NCBI GenBank assembly: GCA_035462175.1
Contig: DATHUP010000051.1
Span: forward strand, 4,418-68,417
Direction: 5' to 3'
DNA from: Acidimicrobiia bacterium
Lineage (GTDB): Bacteria; Actinomycetota; Acidimicrobiia; Spongiisociales; ZC4RG35
Length of the DNA: 64,000 bases
Every line of letters starts with the position of its first letter. Position 1 is the stretch's first letter. The translations under genes and the position numbers were made by a program. Under the pieces are notes generated by a model. The model had not been told where the DNA came from, ran no database searches, and was given only the letters and a program-made list of their open reading frames with translations. Shown one piece after another: positions 8,022 through 16,983 of the stretch.

Positions 8022-9677
8022 TTGGGAACAGCAGTACGCATCGGCTCCTTGCTCGTGGCAGTCGTCGCCATTCCCTTCGGGTTCATCCTCCTCTTCGGTC
8101 CTCCGTTCGAGAACCTCACCCTCGCTGGTGTCCTCTACTCGTTCGTCGCAGTGGGGTCGGGAGTGGTCCTGGTTGTGGCCGCGTTCGTCGCCCATGGACG
8201 GGCCCGGATCGCCTGGACCATGGTCGGGGCCGGTGTCCTCGCCTGGGGCGTTGGCGAGGTCATCTGGGTCATGCAGGCTTCGCTCGGAGAGATTCCGTTC
8301 CCGGGTGTCGCCGACTTCTTCTACGTTGCCGGCTATCCACTGATCTTTGCCGGGGTGATCGCCCTGCCCTACCTTCGCCCGGGGCGTTTCGAGCGTATCC
8401 GCCTGGCCATCGACGCGACTGCGGGAACATTGTCTCTCGCCGTGATCATGTGGGTGGTCTATCTGTCCGACGTGGTGAGTCTGGGCTCCGATCCGGTGGA
8501 GAGCTTCCTCAACGTCGCCTACCCCACCGCCGACATCCTTCTGTTTGCGGCACTGATGGTGTTGGCCATGCGCAGGTCCGAGCAACGTCTCGACCTGCGG
8601 ATAGCCCTCCTCGCCGGCGCCATCGCAGTGAGCGCTTTCGGTGATGTCGTCTTCTCGATGCAGACCGCCTCCGACACCTATGTCGAGTGGGGACGGCTGG
8701 ACGCCACATGGTTGTTCAGTTACGGGCTCTTCGCCTTGACCGCCTGGCGGGTAACCAGACCGGCCCGTACCCAGGAGACCACCTATCGCACGGTGAGAGC
8801 CTGGCAGCTGATCGCCCCCTACTCGGCGGTGGCAGCGCTATTCCTGGCCCGCCTCGTCACGAGCACCGGTAACGACTTTCTCCTCAACGTGGCCACGACC
8901 GCTGTGGCGGTCCTGGTGGTGTTGCGTCAGAACCTGGCGGTGAGAGAGAAACGGGAACTGCTCGAGAAGCAACGGGACGATCTGGTTGCTTCGGTGTCCC
9001 ACGAGCTGCGGACGCCACTCACCGGGATCCAGGGTTACGCCCAGATCCTGGGTGAGTCGTGGCAGGACCTGGGCGACGAGGATCGAGACGAAATGCTCGA
9101 GACCATCAACAGCCAGGCCAATCATCTCGGTCACATCGTCAGCGACCTCATCGACGTCGCGCGCGATCGTCTCCAGAACGTGAGCCTGACCCGAGTCGAT
9201 TATCCCGCCGACGAACTGGTCCGGGAGGCGGTCGCCGCGACCGGCGGGGAAGGCAAGGTCCGGGTCGAGGCCGATTCTCACGCCCGAATCTGGGCCGATC
9301 CGGACCGGGCGCGCCAGGTCCTATCCAACCTGATCACCAATGCCATGCGGTATGGAGGGACCGAGATCCTGGTCACCGCCGTCGACCAAGGCCAAATGGT
9401 TGCACTGGCCGTTCACGACAACGGCGACGGAGTGCCCGCCAAGTTCCAGAATGACATGTGGGGCCGCTTCGAGCGTGGCCTTCACAAGGGCAACAGCTCG
9501 GTGTCGGGATCCGGGATCGGCTTGTCGGTGGCGAAGGACCTGGTCATCGCCCATGGCGGGACGATCGAGTACCGGACCTCCGAGCTTCTCGGCGGTGCGT
9601 GTTTCGAGTTCACCATCCCGGTGCCGGACCAGAGCGGGACTCCCCTCGTCGGCTCCGGCGCGACGCTGTCCGGCTGA
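8022..9677 (+). CDS. sensor histidine kinase with polytopic N-terminal sensor domain
   Basis: About 8 predicted TM helices, then the HisKA H-box SHELRTPLTGIQGYAQIL and HATPase_c N/G boxes (LSNLITNAMRYG, DNGDGVP, GSGIGLSVAKDLV). TTG start. No response regulator adjacent. Confidence 0.85.
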   Translation: MGTAVRIGSLLVAVVAIPFGFILLFGPPFENLTLAGVLYSFVAVGSGVVLVVAAFVAHGRARIAWTMVGAGVLAWGVGEVIWVMQASLGEIPFPGVADFFYVAGYPLIFAGVIALPYLRPGRFERIRLAIDATAGTLSLAVIMWVVYLSDVVSLGSDPVESFLNVAYPTADILLFAALMVLAMRRSEQRLDLRIALLAGAIAVSAFGDVVFSMQTASDTYVEWGRLDATWLFSYGLFALTAWRVTRPARTQETTYRTVRAWQLIAPYSAVAALFLARLVTSTGNDFLLNVATTAVAVLVVLRQNLAVREKRELLEKQRDDLVASVSHELRTPLTGIQGYAQILGESWQDLGDEDRDEMLETINSQANHLGHIVSDLIDVARDRLQNVSLTRVDYPADELVREAVAATGGEGKVRVEADSHARIWADPDRARQVLSNLITNAMRYGGTEILVTAVDQGQMVALAVHDNGDGVPAKFQNDMWGRFERGLHKGNSSVSGSGIGLSVAKDLVIAHGGTIEYRTSELLGGACFEFTIPVPDQSGTPLVGSGATLSG

Positions 9678-9683
9678 GCCCAC

Positions 9684-10385
9684 TCAACCGAGGAACGTCT
9701 CCACCCAGTCGTCGGCCGGCCGGGACAGGATCTCCTCGAGGGTTCCGGACTGGACGATTGCGCCATTCCGCATCAGGGCGAGGCGGTCGGACAGCGCCGA
9801 GGCCTCGTCTCGGTCGTGGGTCACCACCAGCGCCGTCACCCCGCGATCTCTGAGTATCGCTCGCGTCTCAACCAGCAGTCGCTCGCGCAGCGACCGGTCG
9901 AGCGCTCCGAGCGGCTCGTCGAGCATGACGAACTTCGGCTCCGGCGCCAGAGTCCGGGCCAGGGCAACCCGCTGTTTCTCGCCTCCGGAGAGATCGGCGA
10001 TCGAGCGGTCCCCGAACCCGGAGAGCCCGACCCACTCCAGAGCGGATTCGACCACCGTGGCGACCTCTCGAGGAGGGGCGCCGCCCATGCGCAACCCGAA
10101 TCCGACATTCCCCGCCACGTCCATGTGAGGGAAAAGGGCATATCCCTGGAACATGAGGCCGAACCCCCGCAGGTGGGTCGGCACCGAGGTGACATTCTTC
10201 CCGTCCCACGTGATCGACCCCGATGCGACAGGGACGAGGCCGGCGATGGCGCGCAGGAGGGTCGACTTGCCCGAGCCCGAAGGCCCGAGGACGGCGACCG
10301 TGTCGCCGTCGGCAACGGTCAGGCTGACGTCTCTCAGGATGTGGTTGCCACCGAGATGGACATCGAGGCCGTCGACACCAAGCAT
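9684..10385 (-). CDS. thiQ: ABC transporter ATP-binding protein (thiamine-type importer)
   Basis: 233 aa with Walker A GPSGSGKST, signature LSGGEKQRV and Walker B FVMLDEP. No C-terminal TOBE domain, as in ThiQ. Last gene of a TPP-riboswitch-controlled operon. The ORF-track 592-aa form is an upstream artefact. Confidence 0.85.
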   Translation of the reverse strand: MLGVDGLDVHLGGNHILRDVSLTVADGDTVAVLGPSGSGKSTLLRAIAGLVPVASGSITWDGKNVTSVPTHLRGFGLMFQGYALFPHMDVAGNVGFGLRMGGAPPREVATVVESALEWVGLSGFGDRSIADLSGGEKQRVALARTLAPEPKFVMLDEPLGALDRSLRERLLVETRAILRDRGVTALVVTHDRDEASALSDRLALMRNGAIVQSGTLEEILSRPADDWVETFLG

Positions 10386-11935
10386 CAGAAGGCGCCGATC
10401 TCCCCGAACTGGGCTCGGTCGATCCACAGGACTATGACGGCTGTCAATGCCGCCAGAAGCACGGCCAGGGCCATGGCCATGGCGAAGGACCCGGCACCGG
10501 GTCGGGTGAGCAGCCGGAAGATCATCACCGGCAGTGTCGCCGTATTGGGTCGGGCGACGAAGGACGTGGCCCCGAACTCGCCGAGGGAGACGACAAAGGC
10601 GAATCCCGACCCGACCAGCGCCGCCCGGCTCACGATGGGCAGGTCGATCTCCCTCCACACCCGAAGCGGGGAGGCGCCGAGCACACGCGCCGCCTCCCTC
10701 GTCTCGGCCGGGATGGATCGCAGCGTCGGAACCATGGTCCTCACCACGAAGGGCACGGCGACCAGGGCGTGGGCGATCGGGACCAGCCAGAACGATGCCC
10801 TCAGGTCCACGGGCCGGTCGAGAGCGACGATGAAGCCGAAGCCGATGGTGACTGCCGAGGTGCCGAGGGGCAGCATCAGGGTCAGGTCGAACCATCGCGA
10901 CAACCGCCCTCTTCTCCCAGTGATGACCGCCGACGCCATCACCCCGATCGACACCGCGATCAGCGCCGCGATCGTGGCATACAACAGGCTGTTGCCGGTC
11001 GAGGCCATGGGCACACCGACCACCGGATCGTCCCGGAACAGGGCGCGGTAGGAGCCCGGCTGGAGGGAGCGCGCCACCAGCATGGCGACGGGGATGGCCA
11101 GGGCGAGCAGCGTCCCCAACACGCTCGCACCGACCAGGATCCCACTCTGACCCGTAGGCCGGACACGTTCCCCCTCGGAACGGAGGGTCCAGGTGGTCGT
11201 ATGACGCTCCTGGTATCGGGAATAGGCGTAGAGGGCGGACGTCACCCCGACCAGTTGCACGACCGCAAGGGCGGCGGCGAGGGGGAGGTCGAACAGGGTC
11301 ACCGCCTGGCGGTAGATCTCCACCTCGAGAGTGGCGTACCGGAACCCGCCGAGGATGAGGACGACCCCGAACGAGGTGAAGGTGAAGAGGAAGACGATGG
11401 CGGCGGCGGCGGCGATTGCCGGCCGGAGCAGGGGGAGGGTGACGGTCCTGAACACCTTCCATTCGCCGGCTCCGAGGACGCGGCCCGCATCGTGGAGATT
11501 GGGGTCGAGACGTGACCAGAGAGCGCCCACGGTGCGGACCACCACCGCGACGTTGAAGAAGACATGGGCGGCGAGGATGGCGCCGATCGAATCTCGCCAG
11601 CCGAGCGCGACGAAAGCCGAGCCCACCACGACCGTGGGCAACACGAATGGGACCGTCACCAGGGCGGTTGCCAACTTCCGTCCCCGGAACTCATATTGGG
11701 AGACCGCCCAGGTCATAGGGGCGGCGGCGAGAAGAGTGAGGATGGTGGACAGTGCCGCCTGCCACAGGGTGAACCAGCCGATGCGAAAGAGACGTGCTTC
11801 CACCCCGTCCGATCCGACTCCCAGCTCCGACAGGCCGAGAGCCAGGATTCGCCCCACCGGATAGAGGAAGAAGTAGCCGATGAATACCGCAGGGACCGCG
11901 GCGACCAGCACCCGACCCCAGCGGATCGGCCGCAT
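10385..11935 (-). CDS. thiP: ABC transporter permease with two BPD_transp_1 domains (ThiP-like)
   Basis: About 516 aa, duplicated permease domain, 12 TM. Start and stop overlap the flanking SBP and ATPase genes. Confidence 0.85.
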   Translation of the reverse strand: MRPIRWGRVLVAAVPAVFIGYFFLYPVGRILALGLSELGVGSDGVEARLFRIGWFTLWQAALSTILTLLAAAPMTWAVSQYEFRGRKLATALVTVPFVLPTVVVGSAFVALGWRDSIGAILAAHVFFNVAVVVRTVGALWSRLDPNLHDAGRVLGAGEWKVFRTVTLPLLRPAIAAAAAIVFLFTFTSFGVVLILGGFRYATLEVEIYRQAVTLFDLPLAAALAVVQLVGVTSALYAYSRYQERHTTTWTLRSEGERVRPTGQSGILVGASVLGTLLALAIPVAMLVARSLQPGSYRALFRDDPVVGVPMASTGNSLLYATIAALIAVSIGVMASAVITGRRGRLSRWFDLTLMLPLGTSAVTIGFGFIVALDRPVDLRASFWLVPIAHALVAVPFVVRTMVPTLRSIPAETREAARVLGASPLRVWREIDLPIVSRAALVGSGFAFVVSLGEFGATSFVARPNTATLPVMIFRLLTRPGAGSFAMAMALAVLLAALTAVIVLWIDRAQFGEIGAF

Positions 11936-12978
11936 CAACCCTCCATCAGGGCAACCCACTCATCGATCCAACGGTCACGATTCTCCGCGATTATGGCCGA
12001 GTCGAGCCGGGCCGGGTCGGCGGGGACGACGGTGTGCTCGACGAACTCGGGAGGAAGCTCCGCCTCCTGGTTCGCAGGGAAGACGAACCAGGTGAGGGGA
12101 ATGGTCTCCTGGAACTCGACCGAGAGCATGAAGTCGATCAGCTCACCGGCTGCCTCCGGGTATTCGGTCCCGGCGAGGACGCCGGCGTACTCCACCTGCC
12201 GATAGCAGCCGGCCTCGATCACACCGGTGGGCGCCTCGTCGACCGGCTCGCTGGCGAAGATCACCTCGGCCGGTGGCGAGGAGGCATAAGAGACCACCAG
12301 CGAGCTCTCGCCCCCATAGGGAACGAAATCTCCGTAATAGGCGGTGTCCCAATCGGGTGCGATGTTGACCCCGCCTGACTTCAGATCGGACCAGAAGCCA
12401 CTCCAGCCCTCTTCCCCGTACTGGACGATGGTGGCCAGGAGGAAGGCCAGCCCGGGCGACGACGTTGCCGGATGTTCGACGGTGAGGACGCCGGCATAGG
12501 CCGGGTCACGCAGCTGATCGAGGTCGGCGGGCACCTCGGTCCCGGTCTCCTCGAACCAACCTTTGTCGTAGTTGAGGCAGACGTCGCCGAAGCTGATCGG
12601 GGTGACCAACTCGCTGGCGGGGACGAGGCCGGGGTCGATGCTCTCCAGCAGCGGGCTGCGGTGCTCGACGAAGATCTCCTCCTCGATGGCCCGTGACAGG
12701 AAGGTGTCGTCCACGCCGAACAGGACGTCGGCCAGCGGGTTCCCGGTGGAGAGGGCAGCCTGGTTGACCATCGACCCGGCGTCGCCGGCGGCGATCATCT
12801 CGACCTCGATCCCGGTCTCCTCCGTGAACGCGGCAAAGGTCTCTTCGTTGACCGATCCGGCGAACGAGTCGTGCGCTATCAGCCGCAGTCTGTCCGGTCG
12901 CTCCGCCTCGTCGTTCCCACAGGCAGCGACGATGACCACCATGGCGATCACACAGAGCGTCTTTCGCATTCTCATCAT
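11935..12978 (-). CDS. thiB: ABC transporter substrate-binding lipoprotein (thiamine/TPP-binding TbpA/ThiB-like)
   Basis: Lipobox VIVAACGN and periplasmic-binding-protein fold sequence of the Fe3+/thiamine family. Sits directly downstream of a TPP riboswitch. Confidence 0.8.
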   Translation of the reverse strand: MMRMRKTLCVIAMVVIVAACGNDEAERPDRLRLIAHDSFAGSVNEETFAAFTEETGIEVEMIAAGDAGSMVNQAALSTGNPLADVLFGVDDTFLSRAIEEEIFVEHRSPLLESIDPGLVPASELVTPISFGDVCLNYDKGWFEETGTEVPADLDQLRDPAYAGVLTVEHPATSSPGLAFLLATIVQYGEEGWSGFWSDLKSGGVNIAPDWDTAYYGDFVPYGGESSLVVSYASSPPAEVIFASEPVDEAPTGVIEAGCYRQVEYAGVLAGTEYPEAAGELIDFMLSVEFQETIPLTWFVFPANQEAELPPEFVEHTVVPADPARLDSAIIAENRDRWIDEWVALMEG

Positions 12979-12989
12979 CTCCTCGGTTC

Positions 12990-13095
12990 ACCGGGAGCGA
13001 TGAGGCGGGTCCCTACGCCGGCATTACCCGGGTCAGGTTCATCGGTCGGGGTCTCCACAGACCCCCTCTCAGCCCGGTCTCACCGAGCTCCCGTA
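12990..13095 (-). promoter_or_regulatory. TPP (THI-box) riboswitch
   Basis: The minus strand reads ..GGUGAGACCGGGCUGAGAGGGGGUCUGUGGAGACCCCGACCGAUGAACCUGACCCGGGUAAUGCCGGCGUAGGGACCCGCC... It contains the conserved CUGAGA, ACCUGA, the pyrophosphate-helix GGGUAAUGCCGGCGUAGGGA and correct helices. The downstream CCUCAUC can pair with the GAUGAG at the start-codon/RBS region. Confidence 0.88.
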
Positions 13096-13103
13096 ATGCG
13101 TTC

Positions 13104-13152
13104 TACGTTATACGTCCTACGTATTACGTACAACGTAGGACGTACAACGAGT
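13104..13152. repeat. heptamer tandem array (7 x NACGTNN) containing a 12-bp inverted repeat
   Basis: Units are TACGTTA TACGTCC TACGTAT TACGTAC AACGTAG GACGTAC AACGAGT. TACGTCCTACGT (13111-13122) pairs with ACGTAGGACGTA (13133-13144). Lies between the fabF-like stop and the riboswitch. Confidence 0.6.
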
Positions 13153-13160
13153 TCTTGTGT

Positions 13161-14348
13161 TCACGCCGGAGGCGTGAAGACAAGAACAGTGTTGTGCCCG
13201 CCGAAGCCGAAGGAGTTGGTGATGGCGGGGCCAGGCCCCCAATCCCTCGGCGCCTCGACGATGTCGGTCAGGGGGATCTCGGGGTCCTGGCTGGTGAGGC
13301 CGATGTTGGGGGGCAGCTCATGTCGGCGCATCGCCTCGACGACGACGGCGGCCTCGATGGACCCGGAGGCGCCGAGTGCATGACCGGTGGTGCCTTTGAT
13401 CGAGGACACGGCTGGTTGGGTCTCGAAGAGGCGGTCGATGACCACCCCCTCGGTGCGATCGTTGAGATCGGTTCCCGTTCCGTGGGCATTGACATACCTC
13501 ACCTCGTCGAGGCCGATCCCGGCGTCTTCGAGGGCCAGTCGCACCGCCCGGGCCGCCCCCTCACCGGTGGGGTGCGGGGCTGTGATGTGGTGTGCGTCAC
13601 CGGTGGAAGCCCCTCCCCTGAGCTCGGCCAGGATGATGGCACCCCTCGCCCTGGCATCCTCCTCGGCTTCGAGGATCAGGATTCCGGCTCCCTCTCCCAT
13701 GACGAAGCCGTCGCGGTCGATGTCGAAGGGACGGGCGGTGCCCGTGGGGGAGAGGGCACGGGCCGCTTTGAATCCCTCGTGGGCGGTGCGGCGGGCTGCG
13801 GCCTCGGTTCCGCCGACAACCGCGGCGTCGGCGTAGCCCCACTGGATCTGGCGCAGACCGTCGAGGATGGCCTGGGTCCCGGCGGCGCAGGCGACTGCCG
13901 GGGTCGAGACCTGGCCGCCGAAACCGTATTTGATCGAGATGCCGGCGGCAGCCGCGTTGGCCATCATCATCGGGATCAGGAACGGCGAGGCGCGTGGGTC
14001 GTCGCCGTCGGAGACATGAACCAACTCCTCCAGTGATTCCAGGCCGCCGATGCCGGTAGCCACCGACACGGTGACCCGGGTCGGGTCGACCTCGAGCGAG
14101 CCGGCTTGCTCCATGGCCTCGTGAGCGGCGACGAGGGCGAACTGGGTGAAGCGATCGAGACGACGATGCTCGCGCTTGGGCAGCCACGGCTCGGGATCCC
14201 AGTCGGTGACGAGACGAGGGCCGGGAATGGCCGGAGGCTCCTGCAGGCCCTTCCACAAGTCGTCCATCCCCACCCCGGGTGCGGCGACGACCCCTGCCCC
14301 GGTCACGACGACTTTCCGCTTGCTCATTGCCCCAACTCTTTCAGCCAC
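13161..14348 (-). CDS. fabF: beta-ketoacyl-ACP synthase II (KAS II)
   Basis: Active-site context PAVACAAGTQAI, His motifs NAHGTGT and KGTTGHALGASG, C-terminal NSFGFGGHN. An alternative ATG lies at 14327. Confidence 0.88.
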   Translation of the reverse strand: MAERVGAMSKRKVVVTGAGVVAAPGVGMDDLWKGLQEPPAIPGPRLVTDWDPEPWLPKREHRRLDRFTQFALVAAHEAMEQAGSLEVDPTRVTVSVATGIGGLESLEELVHVSDGDDPRASPFLIPMMMANAAAAGISIKYGFGGQVSTPAVACAAGTQAILDGLRQIQWGYADAAVVGGTEAAARRTAHEGFKAARALSPTGTARPFDIDRDGFVMGEGAGILILEAEEDARARGAIILAELRGGASTGDAHHITAPHPTGEGAARAVRLALEDAGIGLDEVRYVNAHGTGTDLNDRTEGVVIDRLFETQPAVSSIKGTTGHALGASGSIEAAVVVEAMRRHELPPNIGLTSQDPEIPLTDIVEAPRDWGPGPAITNSFGFGGHNTVLVFTPPA

Positions 14349-14349
14349 C

Positions 14350-15120
14350 TCATGCTGGAAAAACAGTCCGCTGCAGCTTTCTCATTCCCCCGATCCAGCG
14401 TTCGTAATCGTCGGCCTTGTTCCGGAAGAACCGGGAGACCTCCGGATGGGGGAGGATGAGGAAGCTCTCCGCGGCGAGGCCGGCCACCACCGTCTCGGCC
14501 ACCTCATCCGGCTCCAGGGCGTCGGCGTCCAACAAGGCGTGGAACTCGTCGGCCGCGTCCAGCAGCGGCGTCTTGACCCCCATCGGGCAGAGACAACTCA
14601 CGGTCACCCCCTGGTCGCCATAGGTTATCGAAAGCCACTCGGCAAAGGCCAGGGCGGCGTGTTTGGTCACCGAGTACTGGGCCGCCTTGAGGTTGGTGAG
14701 CAACCCCGCGGCAGAGACCGTGGCCAGGAAGTACCCCTCGCCCCGGGCCAGCCACGCCGGGACGAGGCGGCGGGCGGCGTGAACATGGGACATCACGTTG
14801 ACCTGCCACATGTGCTCCCACCGATCCGGCGGGGTCTGCTCGTCACCGGCGAACCCGATCCCGGCATTGGCACAGAACAGGTCGATCGGGCCGAATCGGT
14901 CCTCGGTCTCGTCGAGCATTCGGTCGTTGGAGAGTGGGTCCGCCACGTCGGCCTGGAGGGCGACGGCACCGATCCCGGCCGCAACTTCCCGGGCGGAGTC
15001 GAGATCGAGGTCGGCGAGTACCAGCGCCCGTGGGCCCTCGGCGGCGAAACGCCGTGCCATCGCGGCACCGATGCCGCTTCCGGCGCCGGTGATCACGACG
15101 ACTCGGTCATTGAGCCTCAA
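14350..15120 (-). CDS. SDR-family oxidoreductase
   Basis: TGAGSGIGAAMA cofactor motif, NAGI, and catalytic YSVTK (YxxxK). Confidence 0.85.
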   Translation of the reverse strand: MRLNDRVVVITGAGSGIGAAMARRFAAEGPRALVLADLDLDSAREVAAGIGAVALQADVADPLSNDRMLDETEDRFGPIDLFCANAGIGFAGDEQTPPDRWEHMWQVNVMSHVHAARRLVPAWLARGEGYFLATVSAAGLLTNLKAAQYSVTKHAALAFAEWLSITYGDQGVTVSCLCPMGVKTPLLDAADEFHALLDADALEPDEVAETVVAGLAAESFLILPHPEVSRFFRNKADDYERWIGGMRKLQRTVFPA

Positions 15121-15145
15121 AGCGACGCGAGCCTAGAGGTAGGGG

Positions 15146-16930
15146 TCAGAAGCGGGCCTGGTCGAGCAGTTCGATGCCACCCTTCACTGCGGGGACCTGA
15201 CCGTTGGCCTCGGGAAGGAGCTGCTCCCCGTAGAAGCGGGCCGTGGTCACCTTCTCGGAGAGAAACGACGGGTCGAATTCGGGTGGGTTGCCCAGGGCCG
15301 TAGCTGCCGCCCGGGCCATGAGCCATCCTCCGAGCACGGTTCCGAACTGGCGGAGGTATGGGGACGCCCCGGCCAGGGCAGACGCGACGTCTCCGTCTCT
15401 GAGCTTCTGAGCGATCCAGGTCGAGCTTTCGGTGAGACCTTGGATGGCGATGGCCAGCTCCTCCCGGAAGAGGTCGAGCTCGGAGTGGCCCTCCATGGCG
15501 GCCAGCTCGGCCGTCATCTCCCCGATCAAGGCGGCCGCTACCGCCCCGTCTTCGAGGGGGAGCTTGCGCAGGACGAGATCGATCGCCTGTATCCCGTTTG
15601 TCCCCTCGTAGATGGGTGCGATCCGGGAGTCACGCAAGAGCTGAGCCGCCCCGGTTTCCTCGATGTAACCCATCCCGCCGTGTACCTGGAGACCGAGGGA
15701 GGCGATCTCCACGCCCAGGTCGGTGCACCACGCCTTCACGATGGGGGTGAGCAGGGCGAGCCGGTTGGAGGCGAGCCGGCGACGTTCCTCGCTTTCGGCG
15801 CGTGCCTGGTGGTCCGCCTCGCCTGCGGTGAAGTAGAGCAGGGACCGCATCGCCTCGACCTGCGCCTTCATCGTCAGCAGCATCCGTCGCACATCGGGAT
15901 GTTCGATGATGGGCACGCTCTCCTTGGCGTCGGCGCCCACGGGACGACCCTGGATCCGGTCCCTGGCGTGGCCGAGGGCCAGCTGGTAGGCGCGCTCACC
16001 GATGGCGACGCCTTCCATTCCCACCGCCACCCGGGCCGCGTTCATCATGGTGAACATGTTGCGCATGCCCTGCTGCTCCTCACCGATCAGGTAGCCGACC
16101 GCTCCTTGGCCGCGGTCACCGAATGAGATGACACAGGTAGGTGAGGCGTGGATGCCCAGCTTGTGCTCGAGGGAGACGATCTGGAAATCGTTTCGCTCAC
16201 CGGGCCGACCGTTCTCGTCGAGGAGGAACTTGGGGACGAGGAACATCGATATCCCCTTGGTCCCCGGAGGTGCCTCCGGGGTTCGGGCCAGGACCAGGTG
16301 GAGGATGTTCTCCGTCAGGTCTTGGTCGCCCCAGGTGATGAAGATCTTGGTCCCGAAGAGAAGGTAGGTGCCGTCGTCCTGACGGACCGCACGGGTGCGA
16401 AGCGCCCCGACATCGGAGCCGGCTTCGGGCTCGGTGAGGTTCATGGTGCCGGCCCACTCGCCGCTGACCAGCTTCTCGATGTAGAGCCCCTTCATCTCGT
16501 CGGATCCGTGACGCTCCAGGGCCTCGACTGCCCCGTGTGTCAGCGTCGGGGCCAGCGAGAAGGCCATGTTGGCCGTCTTGAACATCTCTTGGATGACCAC
16601 ACCCACCATGTAGGGGAGCCCGCCACCGCCCCAGCGCTGGGGCAGGTGCGCCGAGGCCCATCCCGACTCGACGTACTTGTCGTAGGCATCCTTGAACCCG
16701 TCCGGTGTCTTCACCGTGCCGTCTTCGGTCAGGACCGACCCCTGCTCGTCGCCGACCCGGTTGAGCGGGGCTATCACCTCGGCAAAGAACCGACCCGCCT
16801 CTTCGAGGATGGTTCCCACCGTGTCGGGGTCGGCGTGCTGGTAGCCGTCGAGCTTTGCCACCTCTTCGAGACCGGCGACATGGGTCAGGGTGAAGACGAT
16901 GTCGTCGAGTCTCGGCTGGTACTCGGCCAT
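15146..16930 (-). CDS. acyl-CoA dehydrogenase (long, about 594 aa, FadE-type with extra C-terminal domain)
   Basis: ACAD N/M/C domain sequence (GTMNLTEPEAGSDVGALRT, KIFITWGD, IYEGTNGIQAIDLV). Start set at ATG 16930. The ORF-track N-terminal 113 aa are Arg-rich noise. Confidence 0.88.
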   Translation of the reverse strand: MAEYQPRLDDIVFTLTHVAGLEEVAKLDGYQHADPDTVGTILEEAGRFFAEVIAPLNRVGDEQGSVLTEDGTVKTPDGFKDAYDKYVESGWASAHLPQRWGGGGLPYMVGVVIQEMFKTANMAFSLAPTLTHGAVEALERHGSDEMKGLYIEKLVSGEWAGTMNLTEPEAGSDVGALRTRAVRQDDGTYLLFGTKIFITWGDQDLTENILHLVLARTPEAPPGTKGISMFLVPKFLLDENGRPGERNDFQIVSLEHKLGIHASPTCVISFGDRGQGAVGYLIGEEQQGMRNMFTMMNAARVAVGMEGVAIGERAYQLALGHARDRIQGRPVGADAKESVPIIEHPDVRRMLLTMKAQVEAMRSLLYFTAGEADHQARAESEERRRLASNRLALLTPIVKAWCTDLGVEIASLGLQVHGGMGYIEETGAAQLLRDSRIAPIYEGTNGIQAIDLVLRKLPLEDGAVAAALIGEMTAELAAMEGHSELDLFREELAIAIQGLTESSTWIAQKLRDGDVASALAGASPYLRQFGTVLGGWLMARAAATALGNPPEFDPSFLSEKVTTARFYGEQLLPEANGQVPAVKGGIELLDQARF

Positions 16931-16983
16931 GCCCCAAGGGTACCGATCGCGCCGTTTTGGGACCAGGTGCGGGCTGAGGCCGA

